Program-made: the position numbers and the translations under genes
Notes under the pieces: model-generated
Told to the model about the DNA's origin: nothing
Database searches by the model: none
What the model saw: only the letters and a program-made list of their open reading frames with translations
From: a virus
Lineage: Duplodnaviria; Caudoviricetes
DNA: 56,337 nucleotides
IMG/VR virus record: IMGVR_UViG_3300010354_000005
Coordinates: 1-56,337 of that record
Strand: one strand, 5' to 3'
Part shown: positions 29,801 to 38,008 of the stretch, one piece after another
Numbering within the stretch: position 1 is the stretch's first letter
Layout: the number at the start of each line of letters is the position of its first letter

Positions 29801-32611
29801 CCGATCATGAAAACCCTGAAGCGTCTTGGTGAGCGCGGGTTGTCAATTGAGGACGTTGATCTGTTCCTGATGGCACGTCACGCAGAAGAGCGTAACTCCA
29901 CCATCTCGGCAATCAATCCTGACAACCGTAAAGGTTCCGGTCTAACTACAAAGGATGCGCAGAAAATCCTCAGTTCTAGGAATAACGGCGCTTGGGATGT
30001 AGCGGCTATGAACGATTTGGAAATCATTGGCCGGCTGATGGATCAGATGTCAACAGATAAACTCAACTATCTGTTGCAGACAGGCATGATCTCGAAGTAC
30101 CAGTACGAGGCGCTGAAGCGGTACAAGCATTACGTCAATCTGTCTGGTAATACCGAGACCGATCTGGATAAGTTCGACACTACTCAGTTGGGCGGTCGCG
30201 CATTCAACGTGCGTGGTACGGACATTATCCGCTCGACAGGCCGCGGCACCGTAGCAGTTGACGTACTTCAAAACACGATGAACTCCTACCTATCGGCAAT
30301 CATCCGTGGCCAGAAGAACCGTCCGTTGCAAGCCATCCTCGATATGTTCGAGCAGAACCCTGACAAGACCTACGTCGAGGTGAATCCGATTGAGACTGTG
30401 CAGCGCGTCAACATCGAGAAGTTCAACTTTGACAACAAGATCCTGAAGATCCTCGGTACCGACAAGGATGATGTGCGGGCTGGCAAGAACTTCTTGGTTG
30501 GTCTGAAGGAGCGCATGAAGCGTGGCGAGATCGATTCGGATGACGCACTGGCTGAGATCGTTCAGCGTATCCGTCAGGCCGAGGAGCGCCGTGCAATCCA
30601 ACCGGATGAAGCTGCCCGTGCCCTGCGCAACCTGAACGAGCAAGTTGTCATGACTGCAAGACTGTCCCCCGATGGCTACGTCAGTATGGTTGAGTTGTCC
30701 GGTCGCCGCGATCCTAACGAGGTAGTGGTCAAGGTCGGTGGCAAGAACATCAGTATGGTATTCAAGAACGGTGGTCTGCCATTCTTCCAATCCATCACTG
30801 GCATGGACATCCAAAGAAGTAATGCTGTCGTAGAGTATATGGCTAAGTGGGCTCAGTTCTTCAGCCAGATGGTCACTACTTGGAACCCAGCTTGGATCCC
30901 GATCAACATGATCCGAGACATACAAACAGCCTACTCGAATATGGCCGCTGACCCAGAAGTCGGGGCTGCTCTCGCTAGTAAGATGACCAAGGCATACGGT
31001 CGAGCTTACAAGATTGCAACCAGACACCTTCTTTACGATTGGGCTAATGTCAAGGATGGCCGGTTCCGCAATATGGTTGACCGTATGCAAACCAAGTATC
31101 CGATGAGTGCCGAAGATGCCAAGCTAATCGAAGAGTTCTTTGAGGATGGTGCCGGCACCTACTTCCTTGACAGGGGTAGCGTTGAGATGTCTCTGCAAAA
31201 TATGCAGAGCGCAATGAACGCCAACAAGGGTGGTGCTACCGGAATGACCTTAGCTGCAATCAAGGAACTCGCCGCCAGCGTGGAACTGGTTGGTATGGCT
31301 GGCGAGATTGCTCCGCGTCTTGCTGCGTACAAGGTTCTGCGCGAAGCCGGTAAGTCCCGCGAAGTTGCCGCACGGTACGCCAAAGAACTGACAGTCAACT
31401 TCAACATGAAGGGAACCAGCAAAGCCTTGCGCGGTATGTATGTGTTCTTCAACCCAGCAGTACAGGGCACGATGCGTATGTTCAAGGATCTCAAAGCTGG
31501 CAACTTGGGACGCTTTGGTACAACCGCTGGTGTCTGGATGGGTCTTGGCTTCTTGTCAACTATGGTTGCTAGAGCCCTCAGCGGAGATGACGAAGATCAT
31601 CCGGGCGTAGACACAATCGATATGGTTGCTGGCTACAAACGCAACACTAGCTTGACTTGGTTGCCGGGAGTTGTCGGCGGCTCGATCCCTGTGGCTTACG
31701 GCTGGAACGTGTTCTCCGCAGCAGGTCAGTACATGTACGATGTGGTGCATGGACACATGCCTTCAGGCGAAGCTGCTCTGAAAGTTATGTCAGCAGCATT
31801 CGACTCGTTCTCGCCAATTGGTTCTGGCGCAGATTCGAAATCTCTGATGGGCATGGGCATCAAGACGATTACACCTAGTATCGCTGTGCCGGCTGCTGAA
31901 TGGCTGATGAACGAGAACAGGTTCGGCGCTCCGATCTACAAGGCGCAAAGTCCTTACTCTGACATCAAAGAGGCGAACGCGTACATGCACTTTGATTCGG
32001 TCAACCCGATCTCGAAGTGGGCTATGCAATCGCTGGTGGAAGTTGGCACCAACAAGAACGCTAGGTACACCCCGGGTCTGGTAGATGTCAATCCCGCAAT
32101 GGTAGACCACATGATTAAGTCGTATGTCCCCGGCCTATTCGCTGAGGCATACAACGCAGCAGGTGTGTCCATCAAAGCAGCAAGGGGAGAAGAGACCAAG
32201 GATATGCCGGTGCCATTCTTAGACCGCTTCAAGGCAAAAGCGGAAGCTGAAGGTTTCGATTCCTCAGCAGTTCGTAACCTCAAGGTTACAATTGACACGA
32301 TGTGGGAATCTTGGAAACAGCCTGACACAACTCCAGAGGAGAAAGCGAAGATGAAGCGCGACTATCCTGAGTTGGCAAAATTGAAAGCTCTGTCTCAAGC
32401 CAATGAGCAAGCAATCAAGTCTGCTCGTCAGTCTGCCGCCAAAATAGAACGCGACCCCAAAGTCTCAGACGAATACAAAGTCGAGGTTCGGAATCGCGTC
32501 AATGACCTTGAGCGTGGCTACAATGCGCGGCTGGTCAAGAAGGCACTGGAAGCTGGGTGGAGAGATACTATTCTTTACGGCGACGGTGAACCTGCTCCTC
32601 CGCCTCGGTAG
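23831..32611 (+). CDS. Giant polyvalent ejection protein (HExxH domain; LPD38-like C-terminus)
   Basis: 2926 aa; HELFH at aa 813; C-terminal N..RD...AKELTVNF...FFNPAVQG...NENRFGAPI pattern. Confidence 0.8.
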   Translation: MATSPLYKTSDEAGTESRRKGQAISSGKYEPGAFARQAIGTEYVPGQYASQQIGQNYTPGVVADQALAAGLPSPSSRRRGIAPSPSGPSAAPTFDPLKAYEESILKDQPQSELRSSAPEGNFLGDSANDLVIGGLQLYGAGYEIANLVSGGAIDQAIKDRTGKTGTQNLAEGRRMLQADQSPALRAQQKELEDAKGFVDSFATVLTNPRLAGSLTMQMVPQLATIGMAARAVAMKTLAWGAEAGLSAEAATAAASTNAARTVLGLNAAMEGGMAGADTRNHILNMTEAELSKSPQYQALLRSGMDPMLARQKLANDASLISTALAASISAVASKVTGAAKLEAAVLGGVVNKVEREVGKKSGMTIAKELGFAGVKETAEETLQEGGAQFAQNVAKQQKIDEQQALMEGVPEAAGAGGAMGLLAGAGFGGAKVAIEKGAEAIATPPGSSTTGQTYSGPGAGRLTDVEMVSAARSPAFMAYQWSVADDATRIRLQNANPNLNLQALAQDVDLVAQGKRLSDSAPQFGQTFLNQLEEFDLTTAQAAADQTQRIAGAPSMEGVKTDADRAMQEAGEGIVSTPPAPSTDQEADVGGDTGVPQITDMSMEEQINRLRGYKRRAQNLEGLPENYRRQQAELSVQEMVDQGFPETVARGVFGGLLYGPSLETVLSEGGHTASQEPAGEVESIGGTPIATQTTLVQETPQKPVTEVLTEFGDKRMSDGTMTDDQFRDALVNWDNRRQGTDGKSTRSDYEIVPLPAPMQKLADALGIQLKGWAWKGDPYRLVSTRQGISMGKGVIGINFGTTSQGGEFVVFGHELFHELASRDRQAADNLIAAMQDFLDGDITEDLREKLRQVGYKEDILAEEIVADVLGVLFAEQSFWKKMAEVQPTLLEKIIDIIRQMINRMSQFGTREKMVRNAIKDLQRVEDMMVGFLNDAINKQAAGTSVQDNIQLNATQAEALQNVRSLLKEGKRSEAAAAFKAANLWKETGLNFNEIETQEVAPIAEEAEVPMRRPQEEVDAENAYRAMLETVDLLRAGNIPAAAKAFKAGNLSAFGENFNELAAQIASERKKRVSEAQFQSDEQKRLTLKSKRSMFDRQIESITSGVTRRVEEMMQQRKDLAIAGARAFRETQTQERAAALMGEEKQRGLLADDTGGVMTQMAELGMYGGAEAQAEASEKRTKAEAARAESDRLAEENATIHNNRVRALLYNADRGLDQLAKVRQEMAAVGYSSNEIEAAVGKSEADLKSLRDGELRKLAEEQLRDAKNIGQREVVTKTEPEQYPGFNEIQAELDLNDDQRRNALALLDAVERKEMSMDDALKAIKVNKIGQMQLYDAMRQRGVPVPKAWIDISGNIAVNYPLNEWVKGFPNSAMAARDAWFRAVDAVPEGVIDLTEGEMVSYRNWKKQTTELRKRLQERQDPWGGEFNSMENAFPHALPLNYTLNEMRNPDSIPEGDRRQMIKMEFEDPVRAWFKDVQYIEQSRPDLGPQFANFLTKAEQEAYAEFKEREASEARRAVEMKTKSALYSQIDGLRFLSPKVYTDFRTQISQAEENQLPAIMQAAFEANEFAEMAKAGGAEFETIGELMNRRAGEDEGLAQSPDQMSTEEELDDDGNYIGYDDSIRFKRGTNSGVLPALNTIESVTEMFRNWKNVPAHTVVQNPNQLPDDVRARIQSSFAASGFKAATDPKTGHMYLFSDFLDGDTDTQFAVFNEIYGQFGVRGFMGDSFKTFLDNQYRLNRKTIIAADKLIAERRAMGIPTTTAEATYAVLGDTAIHTIHTKFANWLDKNGFPAVADWIRSSTNTEVSSILSGVTESAKSNGISPLGGQPNDSMSFDRKKMPVEGYAYRNGQITAYARVNPITGDWIVFTIKPGADSINSGDYNITTTDDLQIAHDMMKQHGTVRLARARETLRYIGPENIEKIKTWNEDDPSWKKFYRWVRQGAQNRFLPIWEVAHQMMMSGKSNTVIDDLVKYESRTGYYIDNYKRRYMYPIMKTLKRLGERGLSIEDVDLFLMARHAEERNSTISAINPDNRKGSGLTTKDAQKILSSRNNGAWDVAAMNDLEIIGRLMDQMSTDKLNYLLQTGMISKYQYEALKRYKHYVNLSGNTETDLDKFDTTQLGGRAFNVRGTDIIRSTGRGTVAVDVLQNTMNSYLSAIIRGQKNRPLQAILDMFEQNPDKTYVEVNPIETVQRVNIEKFNFDNKILKILGTDKDDVRAGKNFLVGLKERMKRGEIDSDDALAEIVQRIRQAEERRAIQPDEAARALRNLNEQVVMTARLSPDGYVSMVELSGRRDPNEVVVKVGGKNISMVFKNGGLPFFQSITGMDIQRSNAVVEYMAKWAQFFSQMVTTWNPAWIPINMIRDIQTAYSNMAADPEVGAALASKMTKAYGRAYKIATRHLLYDWANVKDGRFRNMVDRMQTKYPMSAEDAKLIEEFFEDGAGTYFLDRGSVEMSLQNMQSAMNANKGGATGMTLAAIKELAASVELVGMAGEIAPRLAAYKVLREAGKSREVAARYAKELTVNFNMKGTSKALRGMYVFFNPAVQGTMRMFKDLKAGNLGRFGTTAGVWMGLGFLSTMVARALSGDDEDHPGVDTIDMVAGYKRNTSLTWLPGVVGGSIPVAYGWNVFSAAGQYMYDVVHGHMPSGEAALKVMSAAFDSFSPIGSGADSKSLMGMGIKTITPSIAVPAAEWLMNENRFGAPIYKAQSPYSDIKEANAYMHFDSVNPISKWAMQSLVEVGTNKNARYTPGLVDVNPAMVDHMIKSYVPGLFAEAYNAAGVSIKAARGEETKDMPVPFLDRFKAKAEAEGFDSSAVRNLKVTIDTMWESWKQPDTTPEEKAKMKRDYPELAKLKALSQANEQAIKSARQSAAKIERDPKVSDEYKVEVRNRVNDLERGYNARLVKKALEAGWRDTILYGDGEPAPPPR

Positions 32612-32963
32612 TATTTCCAACCATCAACATGCACCTTGATAGCAGTGTTAGGAGAGGGGTGGTTCGTACAGTAACATGTTTGCTGAGCGGCCACCCTTCT
32701 GCTTCAGCTCGTTGAGCTTGGTCGAGCAATTCGTCTGCGCGTATCGACAGAAGTGCTTGGCGGATAGAGTCAAAACACATACGAGGAACAGCCGATATGC
32801 GGGACTCCAACTTTGCGTAGTAGGCTGCCATAGCCACGGCCTCTGAGTATTCCCGTTCCAACTGTTCGCGTGTAAAACTTGCCGCTTCCGCCAAAGCTTC
32901 TTCGCCAATTGACTGCCCATACCGTCTAGCCTCCATAGCGATTTCGTCATTTATCCCAATCAT
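32568..32963 (-). CDS. Hypothetical protein
   Basis: 131 aa; 44-nt convergent overlap with the giant gene. Confidence 0.65.
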   Translation of the reverse strand: MIGINDEIAMEARRYGQSIGEEALAEAASFTREQLEREYSEAVAMAAYYAKLESRISAVPRMCFDSIRQALLSIRADELLDQAQRAEAEGWPLSKHVTVRTTPLLTLLSRCMLMVGNTTEAEEQVHRRRKE

Positions 32964-33126
32964 TTTTCCCCACTATGATTCCAATTATTTGACTAACAAC
33001 AAAGAGGAAAGCTGCGCAAGCAATTGCCATTGCGAATACTATCCCGGCGAAAGAAAACAAATAAATCAACATCTGAGCTAGAGCTTCCCATAGGACGTGC
33101 TCAAGTTCTGGTGAAAGGTCGGACAT
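32947..33126 (-). CDS. Small membrane protein
   Basis: Long hydrophobic segment; start MSDLSPE. Confidence 0.6.
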   Translation of the reverse strand: MSDLSPELEHVLWEALAQMLIYLFSFAGIVFAMAIACAAFLFVVSQIIGIIVGKNDWDK

Positions 33127-33613
33127 CGCTCTTGCCCCCACTAGGTGTGTTTGGCTTGATGGTGAATACATAGTCTGAATCATCCAGAGCCAATATGTCA
33201 ATACCCATGCCGCAGTTAGAATCATACTGGCATGCGGCCTTCACTGCGTCTACTGCTCCTGCCCCCATCCACATCGCGCCCATAGCGTAGTCCCGCCCAC
33301 AACCCTGTGCGTATTGCGTCTCCTCAATATACATCGGGTACGGTTCCCTCTCGTACTTCTTGACGATGCCACCGGGTGCGATCTCGCACATGTATACCCA
33401 ATCCTCGCTGTCGCGCTGGAACGCCGGCCACTTCTCGGGGTCTTTGCCATTCTCAACCCAATGGAACAAAGCCATACAACGATCAAAGGAACCAGATACT
33501 CCATACAGGCTATCCCCTATCTTTCTGATCTTGGTAACTTCGCGCTTTATCCCACTGCTTGTTGCCTGTCTATCCGCCGCTAGGATCTTTCCATCCCAAA
33601 CGATGATTGTCAT
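33101..33613 (-). CDS. HslV/proteasome-beta-like Ntn peptidase
   Basis: N-terminal Thr after Met, AADRQ, conserved Lys (TKI), GVSG, and GCG at the GSG position. Confidence 0.8.
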   Translation of the reverse strand: MTIIVWDGKILAADRQATSSGIKREVTKIRKIGDSLYGVSGSFDRCMALFHWVENGKDPEKWPAFQRDSEDWVYMCEIAPGGIVKKYEREPYPMYIEETQYAQGCGRDYAMGAMWMGAGAVDAVKAACQYDSNCGMGIDILALDDSDYVFTIKPNTPSGGKSDVRPFTRT

Positions 33614-33891
33614 ATCAAGTCCTTGCGTCTCATGTCAAACAAATCTACTTCTTCATAGGCATCATTGATCTGCTCCCACTTGATACCATCCCTAGTCTTG
33701 GGGTCGTCACCCTTCTTGTAAGACTCTACGAACTTCGCAGTCTCCCGTGCAGCATCATCCCCAATCTCAGCGCGCCACTTCTTGTACAGAATCTTTCGAT
33801 CCTTCGCATTCAGCCTTATCGCCGCTTCGAACCGTTCCTTGAACCTTCGACGCGTTTCGTTCAACTGCTGTATTACTGCTTGGTTTATCAT
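33610..33891 (-). CDS. Hypothetical protein
   Basis: 93 aa, translationally coupled. Confidence 0.65.
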   Translation of the reverse strand: MINQAVIQQLNETRRRFKERFEAAIRLNAKDRKILYKKWRAEIGDDAARETAKFVESYKKGDDPKTRDGIKWEQINDAYEEVDLFDMRRKDLI

Positions 33892-33969
33892 CTTTGACCT
33901 TATCCGCTACCCAATACGCCCCCATAGAACCAAAGGCGGCAAAGAACCCCCATATAATCATATCGCCTA

Positions 33970-34218
33970 TCACCACGCACTCCTGTCTATGTTGTCAAGC
34001 TGCTTCTCCATAGACTTGAACCTATTGCCTAGCTCGGCCAAGTTCATTTCAATCTGGCGGGTGGGTTGCGTCGGGTCAATCCCATGCTCAATCAAAAGAG
34101 TTCGCAGTCGGATAATCTCCTGATCTCTTTCCCCCAACTTCTTCAGCAAGCTGCGTGACATATCGTAGTGGTAGTCTGCCGCCCTGTCCAGCGCATCTTT
34201 GAATTCTTGCAATCTCAT
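33970..34218 (-). CDS. Hypothetical coiled-coil protein
   Basis: 82 aa, translationally coupled. Confidence 0.65.
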   Translation of the reverse strand: MRLQEFKDALDRAADYHYDMSRSLLKKLGERDQEIIRLRTLLIEHGIDPTQPTRQIEMNLAELGNRFKSMEKQLDNIDRSAW

Positions 34219-34550
34219 TATGTGAAGTCTCCCAAACCTAGGTCTCTCATTGCATCCTGAACGTCAGACGTATGATCGTACTCTTCATACATGTCGTCAA
34301 GATCCTCTCTCTTTTTCTTGGTGGGCTGCGGTTTCCCACGCTTTGCTTGGACTACCTCTGGTGGCTTGGCTGCTGTCTCTACCAGCTTTTTAGGGCCACG
34401 AACTGCGATGTCAATATCATCCAGTATTTCTACTGTTGCGTATCTGAAACCACAATTCGGGCACTTGCGCTTGCGGCGAAGATCTCCATCAACTGTCAGC
34501 CTTGAATCGTATACGGCAGTCTTTGTCCCGCACTTGATACAGTTCTGCAT
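34218..34550 (-). CDS. NrdR-like N-terminal Zn-ribbon protein
   Basis: CIKCG..T.VYDSR...RRKRKCPNCGFRYATVE. Confidence 0.75.
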   Translation of the reverse strand: MQNCIKCGTKTAVYDSRLTVDGDLRRKRKCPNCGFRYATVEILDDIDIAVRGPKKLVETAAKPPEVVQAKRGKPQPTKKKREDLDDMYEEYDHTSDVQDAMRDLGLGDFT

Positions 34551-34813
34551 TATTGTAGGGTAGCTGCCATTACTTTGTCACCAGCGTTCTTGTAAACCTG
34601 AGAGGTAACTTCAGATAGAGCCTGAATAGCTTCTTCAAGATCGCCTTCTTCTAAGTCGCAGATCCGCATAGCCAGTGCAGCACACACACCAAAGGCACGA
34701 AGCTGGGTGCCAAGCATTAACTCTGGATTGTCGTGCGTGTAATTGATCCACATCTGAACTAGCTCGTTACACATTCTGAACTGCTGTTCATCGGGGAAGT
34801 GTGCGTTTGTCAT
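34550..34813 (-). CDS. Hypothetical protein
   Basis: 87 aa, translationally coupled. Confidence 0.65.
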   Translation of the reverse strand: MTNAHFPDEQQFRMCNELVQMWINYTHDNPELMLGTQLRAFGVCAALAMRICDLEEGDLEEAIQALSEVTSQVYKNAGDKVMAATLQ

Positions 34814-35010
34814 ACAGTCTCCGGTTGGTGTTGCAAAGTTTTGTACTGCTGCTGCAAGAAAGAATCTATGTCATCTTTCCTGAACCTATAACCACGTCCG
34901 ATCTTGGCGGCGGGAATGATTCCATCCCTAGCCATCTTGCGAACCGTGTACTCTGAAAGCCCAAAATAAGCAGAGGCATCAGAGACATCCATTAGCTTTC
35001 CTGTATCCAT
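34810..35010 (-). CDS. Excisionase/MerR-like HTH DNA-binding protein
   Basis: LMDV.DA..YFGLS..TVRKMAR.G.IPA.KIG..YRF. Confidence 0.85.
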   Translation of the reverse strand: MDTGKLMDVSDASAYFGLSEYTVRKMARDGIIPAAKIGRGYRFRKDDIDSFLQQQYKTLQHQPETV

Positions 35011-35360
35011 TCCAGCTCTTCTCCATACTTGATTAAAAATTCATGCTTGAACTCGATACGTCTTGAGTCGTAAGCATCTTGCTTCGTCATGCGAATCATC
35101 TCGCTTGACTTAACTGGTGGTGCATCGTACATACAGATCCATGTGCCGCGACCTGTTGACTCAACTACCGAGATAGTTCTACCACTCGGCAGCAGAAGTA
35201 TCTTGCCGGTCAGGTCGGTACTGTTCACAAAACTCCGAGACTTCACAATAGTCTGCACATCGTCTATATGTACCCCGCCTTTCCTCAACAAAACATCCGT
35301 CAGTGAGTTTTTCTTCAGCATCCTCTTTCCTCTCAAAGATCTTGATTGCTCGTTTGCCAC
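34992..35360 (-). CDS. Hypothetical protein (true start probably downstream)
   Basis: Fills the gap between the exonuclease and HTH genes. Confidence 0.45.
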   Translation of the reverse strand: MANEQSRSLRGKRMLKKNSLTDVLLRKGGVHIDDVQTIVKSRSFVNSTDLTGKILLLPSGRTISVVESTGRGTWICMYDAPPVKSSEMIRMTKQDAYDSRRIEFKHEFLIKYGEELEWIQES

Positions 35361-36042
35361 CCTCTTTCATCAGAGCGTAGGAGTTACCACTAAACCAACG
35401 CTCCTCGTCAGAGCAAGGCTTGACCTCACCATCTTCAGCCATCTGATGAATCCATACCCTGTTGTCAACGTAGGTCTTGGTTTCACCTATGTCCCACATT
35501 GGGATCTCAATAATCTTTACCGGAATCGGTGGGTAGTTATTGGGGTCACGAAGCAAACCAGACTTGTGCCAATCGCGAAGGATAGCCACAATGCGCAGCT
35601 TGTTGACAGTGTACCCATTGACCACAGCCAGCCAACGCAAAACATTTAACTGGCGCTCCCACTCAACGTGCTCATCCATCATTGCCTTGTATGTGCCCGT
35701 AACCTTGTAGTCGTCGAGCACACCATCACGCAAGTCCATGCGGTCGAACTGGCCTGAGATCTTCCAGCCGGCAACGTCAGCGTACAAGCGATCCTCTGCA
35801 ATGACAGACTTGCCTTGGTCTTGACGCTCTAGGATTGTGTGAACAGCCTGACCAAGAAGAGACCATACTCGTTCGCTTGCATCCTCAACGATATGCTCCC
35901 TGTATTTCTTCAGGAGAACCCTACGCTGAGGAGAGTCGATCAGCTTAGTAACAGATATGTTACTGTTACCTGCCGAGTATGGATCGTTCTTGACCGCTTC
36001 AACAAATGCTTGCGGTAAGCCGTGTACGTTAGATATGTTCAC
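35179..36042 (-). CDS. PD-(D/E)XK exonuclease (Cas4/RecB-like)
   Basis: GQAVH...E.RL...GQFD...DDYK...QLN, C-terminal RCADYC...C. Confidence 0.85.
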   Translation of the reverse strand: MNISNVHGLPQAFVEAVKNDPYSAGNSNISVTKLIDSPQRRVLLKKYREHIVEDASERVWSLLGQAVHTILERQDQGKSVIAEDRLYADVAGWKISGQFDRMDLRDGVLDDYKVTGTYKAMMDEHVEWERQLNVLRWLAVVNGYTVNKLRIVAILRDWHKSGLLRDPNNYPPIPVKIIEIPMWDIGETKTYVDNRVWIHQMAEDGEVKPCSDEERWFSGNSYALMKEGGKRAIKIFERKEDAEEKLTDGCFVEERRGTYRRCADYCEVSEFCEQYRPDRQDTSAAEW

Positions 36043-36469
36043 TGTCGTGTACTGGATTCAATGGTTGGTTCCGGTCTGTTTCGTAGTAATAGTGCGAATG
36101 AATAATGTCTGGTTCTCGCCACTCTTCTCTCATTATTCCGCAAGAACTCTTGGCTATCTCGTATGGGTACTTAGGCACACCAACCAAGTCGCGATAATTC
36201 TTGCGCTGCTCTGCCAACAAGTATCCCTCAAAACTATACAGCTTGTCAATGGCATCGTTGAATGCAAGTATCTCACCCTTTGACTTACTGTAAAGCGCGG
36301 GATCAACACAAGCAGACTGACCAATAACCTTGAATCCATTCTGCATTTCAACAAGACATATTGTCAAGGTGCCGCGAGTTATGTACTCCATGTTAACAAT
36401 CTTGTTACGAATCATTTGCAGGTCTACCTTGTCAGGAAGATCACCGTGCTTGTATTGTGTCGGACTCAT
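36029..36469 (-). CDS. Phage gp49/gp66-like protein
   Basis: LTIC..EMQNGF.V.G.SACVDP.....G...A...A...L..FEGY. Confidence 0.8.
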   Translation of the reverse strand: MSPTQYKHGDLPDKVDLQMIRNKIVNMEYITRGTLTICLVEMQNGFKVIGQSACVDPALYSKSKGEILAFNDAIDKLYSFEGYLLAEQRKNYRDLVGVPKYPYEIAKSSCGIMREEWREPDIIHSHYYYETDRNQPLNPVHDSEHI

Positions 36470-36696
36470 CGGAAACTTTCACAAAGTGTAAGGAAGTGTG
36501 CGGTCTCTCCCGCAGTCACGCCGATGCACATTACCCTGACGTTATGGGCTGGGACTAGCCGGCGCGCCCATCAAGCACACAGACTAGTAGGAAGTTAACC
36601 CCGGGCACTTTCGATCCTCGCATTGGATCTAACTACAAGACAGTCAGAGCGTCACCCGGGCACATGTGCAATATGATGAACACCCACTCTGACCCA

Positions 36697-37080
36697 TTAC
36701 ACCATCAACAGTTTCATTGCCTTGTTGGACTGATTCTTTTTCTGAATCGGCCCGAGGCCACCAGCTTTCTTGGCCTTGTACCTCGCTGTGCGCTGGGATG
36801 CGGTAAGCTTTGTTCGAGGTGCATCCTCGTTCTCACCCCACCGATACACAGGGATGGAATCTCGATCCTTGGTATCTTTTATCCAGCCACACACATGAAT
36901 CAACTTGTGCTTTCTGAAGCAGTTCATTAGAGACTGAGCGGTCAACAAATGGCACCCAGCATGCTTGGCTACATCATGAGCACTGTGAGCGCCATTCCCA
37001 ATCAGCTTAAGGATAATCGCGTACATCTCTTGATTAACCTTGACCTGCTTAGTTTTCTTGCGGTCTATTTCGTGGAGCAT
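36697..37080 (-). CDS. Putative winged-HTH DNA-binding protein
   Basis: Helix-turn-helix-like spacing followed by a beta hairpin (IHVCGW...PVYRWG). Confidence 0.55.
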   Translation of the reverse strand: MLHEIDRKKTKQVKVNQEMYAIILKLIGNGAHSAHDVAKHAGCHLLTAQSLMNCFRKHKLIHVCGWIKDTKDRDSIPVYRWGENEDAPRTKLTASQRTARYKAKKAGGLGPIQKKNQSNKAMKLLMV

Positions 37081-37081
37081 A

Positions 37082-37330
37082 TTACCAATCCACCAAGTCC
37101 TCTTCTACCTGCCTCTTCGGAGCCTGACGCTCCTGACGCTCTGGCTTCTCGCCGTCATCAAGCTCAAGATTACCAGATAGGTACTGCATACCACCCTTAG
37201 AAGTGCGAGGCCACAGACCGCCACGCCACTTGGTGCCATCAGCAAACTCGATAGCTACGTTGTGGGTGGGTGCCTTAGGATTGTCGCTAGGCTTGTTCTT
37301 GAAGATTGCAATGTTGTTGTACTGAGCCAT
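37082..37330 (-). CDS. Small SSB-like protein
   Basis: IFKN......P......GLW.R...G..YLSG with an acidic/aromatic C-terminus (EEDLVDW); follows ERF. Confidence 0.6.
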   Translation of the reverse strand: MAQYNNIAIFKNKPSDNPKAPTHNVAIEFADGTKWRGGLWPRTSKGGMQYLSGNLELDDGEKPERQERQAPKRQVEEDLVDW

Positions 37331-37333
37331 ACC

Positions 37334-38008
37334 TTATTCACCTTTCGATTTGATTTTCTGTTGCAACTTGCCGGCAATGGTAGCGAACTGAGCCTTAGCT
37401 ATTTCGCCAAACGAGCCAACCTTGTAGATGCCCAGCAATTCTTCCATACTCATGCCGGCTTCGTCAAGAAGTTTCGTAATTATTTTTTCGTCCTCGTCAT
37501 CCATCGTGGGAGCGGCGGCCTTACCCTTGACTTCGTGGGTATGCTTGTCTGGATCCTCATCAATTGGGATAGCAAACAACTGGAACGCCATATACTTGTA
37601 CGCAATTGACAGTGCCTTGTTAGTTGCCTTGTCGCCTGAGTCCATAGCTTCGCCAACTGTGACCACCGTAGTTTCACTACCGTCAACAGCAGACTTGATA
37701 GTGTACGCTACGTTCAATGTCACATAAAACAAGGCGTTGCCCCGAGCATTGGTGCGCTCATGAACGTCACGACTGAGTACTTGTGGGATTATTACAAGGT
37801 TAGCTTCGACCAGATGTTTTGACAGCCGGTTGAGCACATCGTCAATACCGCGGAACTTGAAGCCTTGGCTTTCGTTCTTACTGTTCTTGCCGATTCCCTG
37901 CTCTGAGAATGCCGCCATCACCTGATGGATGCCTTGATAAACGTGCAGACCTTGTAGTTTTTGCTGGCCTGACGCATTGACTTCGGGTAGGGTTTTCACT
38001 AGATTCAC
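37334..38008 (-). CDS. erf: ERF-family single-strand annealing protein
   Basis: FKFRGIDD...GEAMDSGDKATNKALSIAYKY...D.D; GTG start with SD GGAGG. Confidence 0.88.
   Translation of the reverse strand: MNLVKTLPEVNASGQQKLQGLHVYQGIHQVMAAFSEQGIGKNSKNESQGFKFRGIDDVLNRLSKHLVEANLVIIPQVLSRDVHERTNARGNALFYVTLNVAYTIKSAVDGSETTVVTVGEAMDSGDKATNKALSIAYKYMAFQLFAIPIDEDPDKHTHEVKGKAAAPTMDDEDEKIITKLLDEAGMSMEELLGIYKVGSFGEIAKAQFATIAGKLQQKIKSKGE

Noticed and set aside
30290-31090. Long antisense ORFs (for example 266 aa here and 205 aa at 1459-2076)
   Set aside because: They are shadows of strongly coding genes with no recognisable motifs.
34810-35010. Excisionase as evidence of lysogeny
   Set aside because: No integrase was recognised, and this HTH family also acts in ordinary regulation.
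35179-36042. Cas4 as part of a CRISPR system
   Set aside because: Its context with ERF and an SSB-like gene fits a recombination exonuclease.
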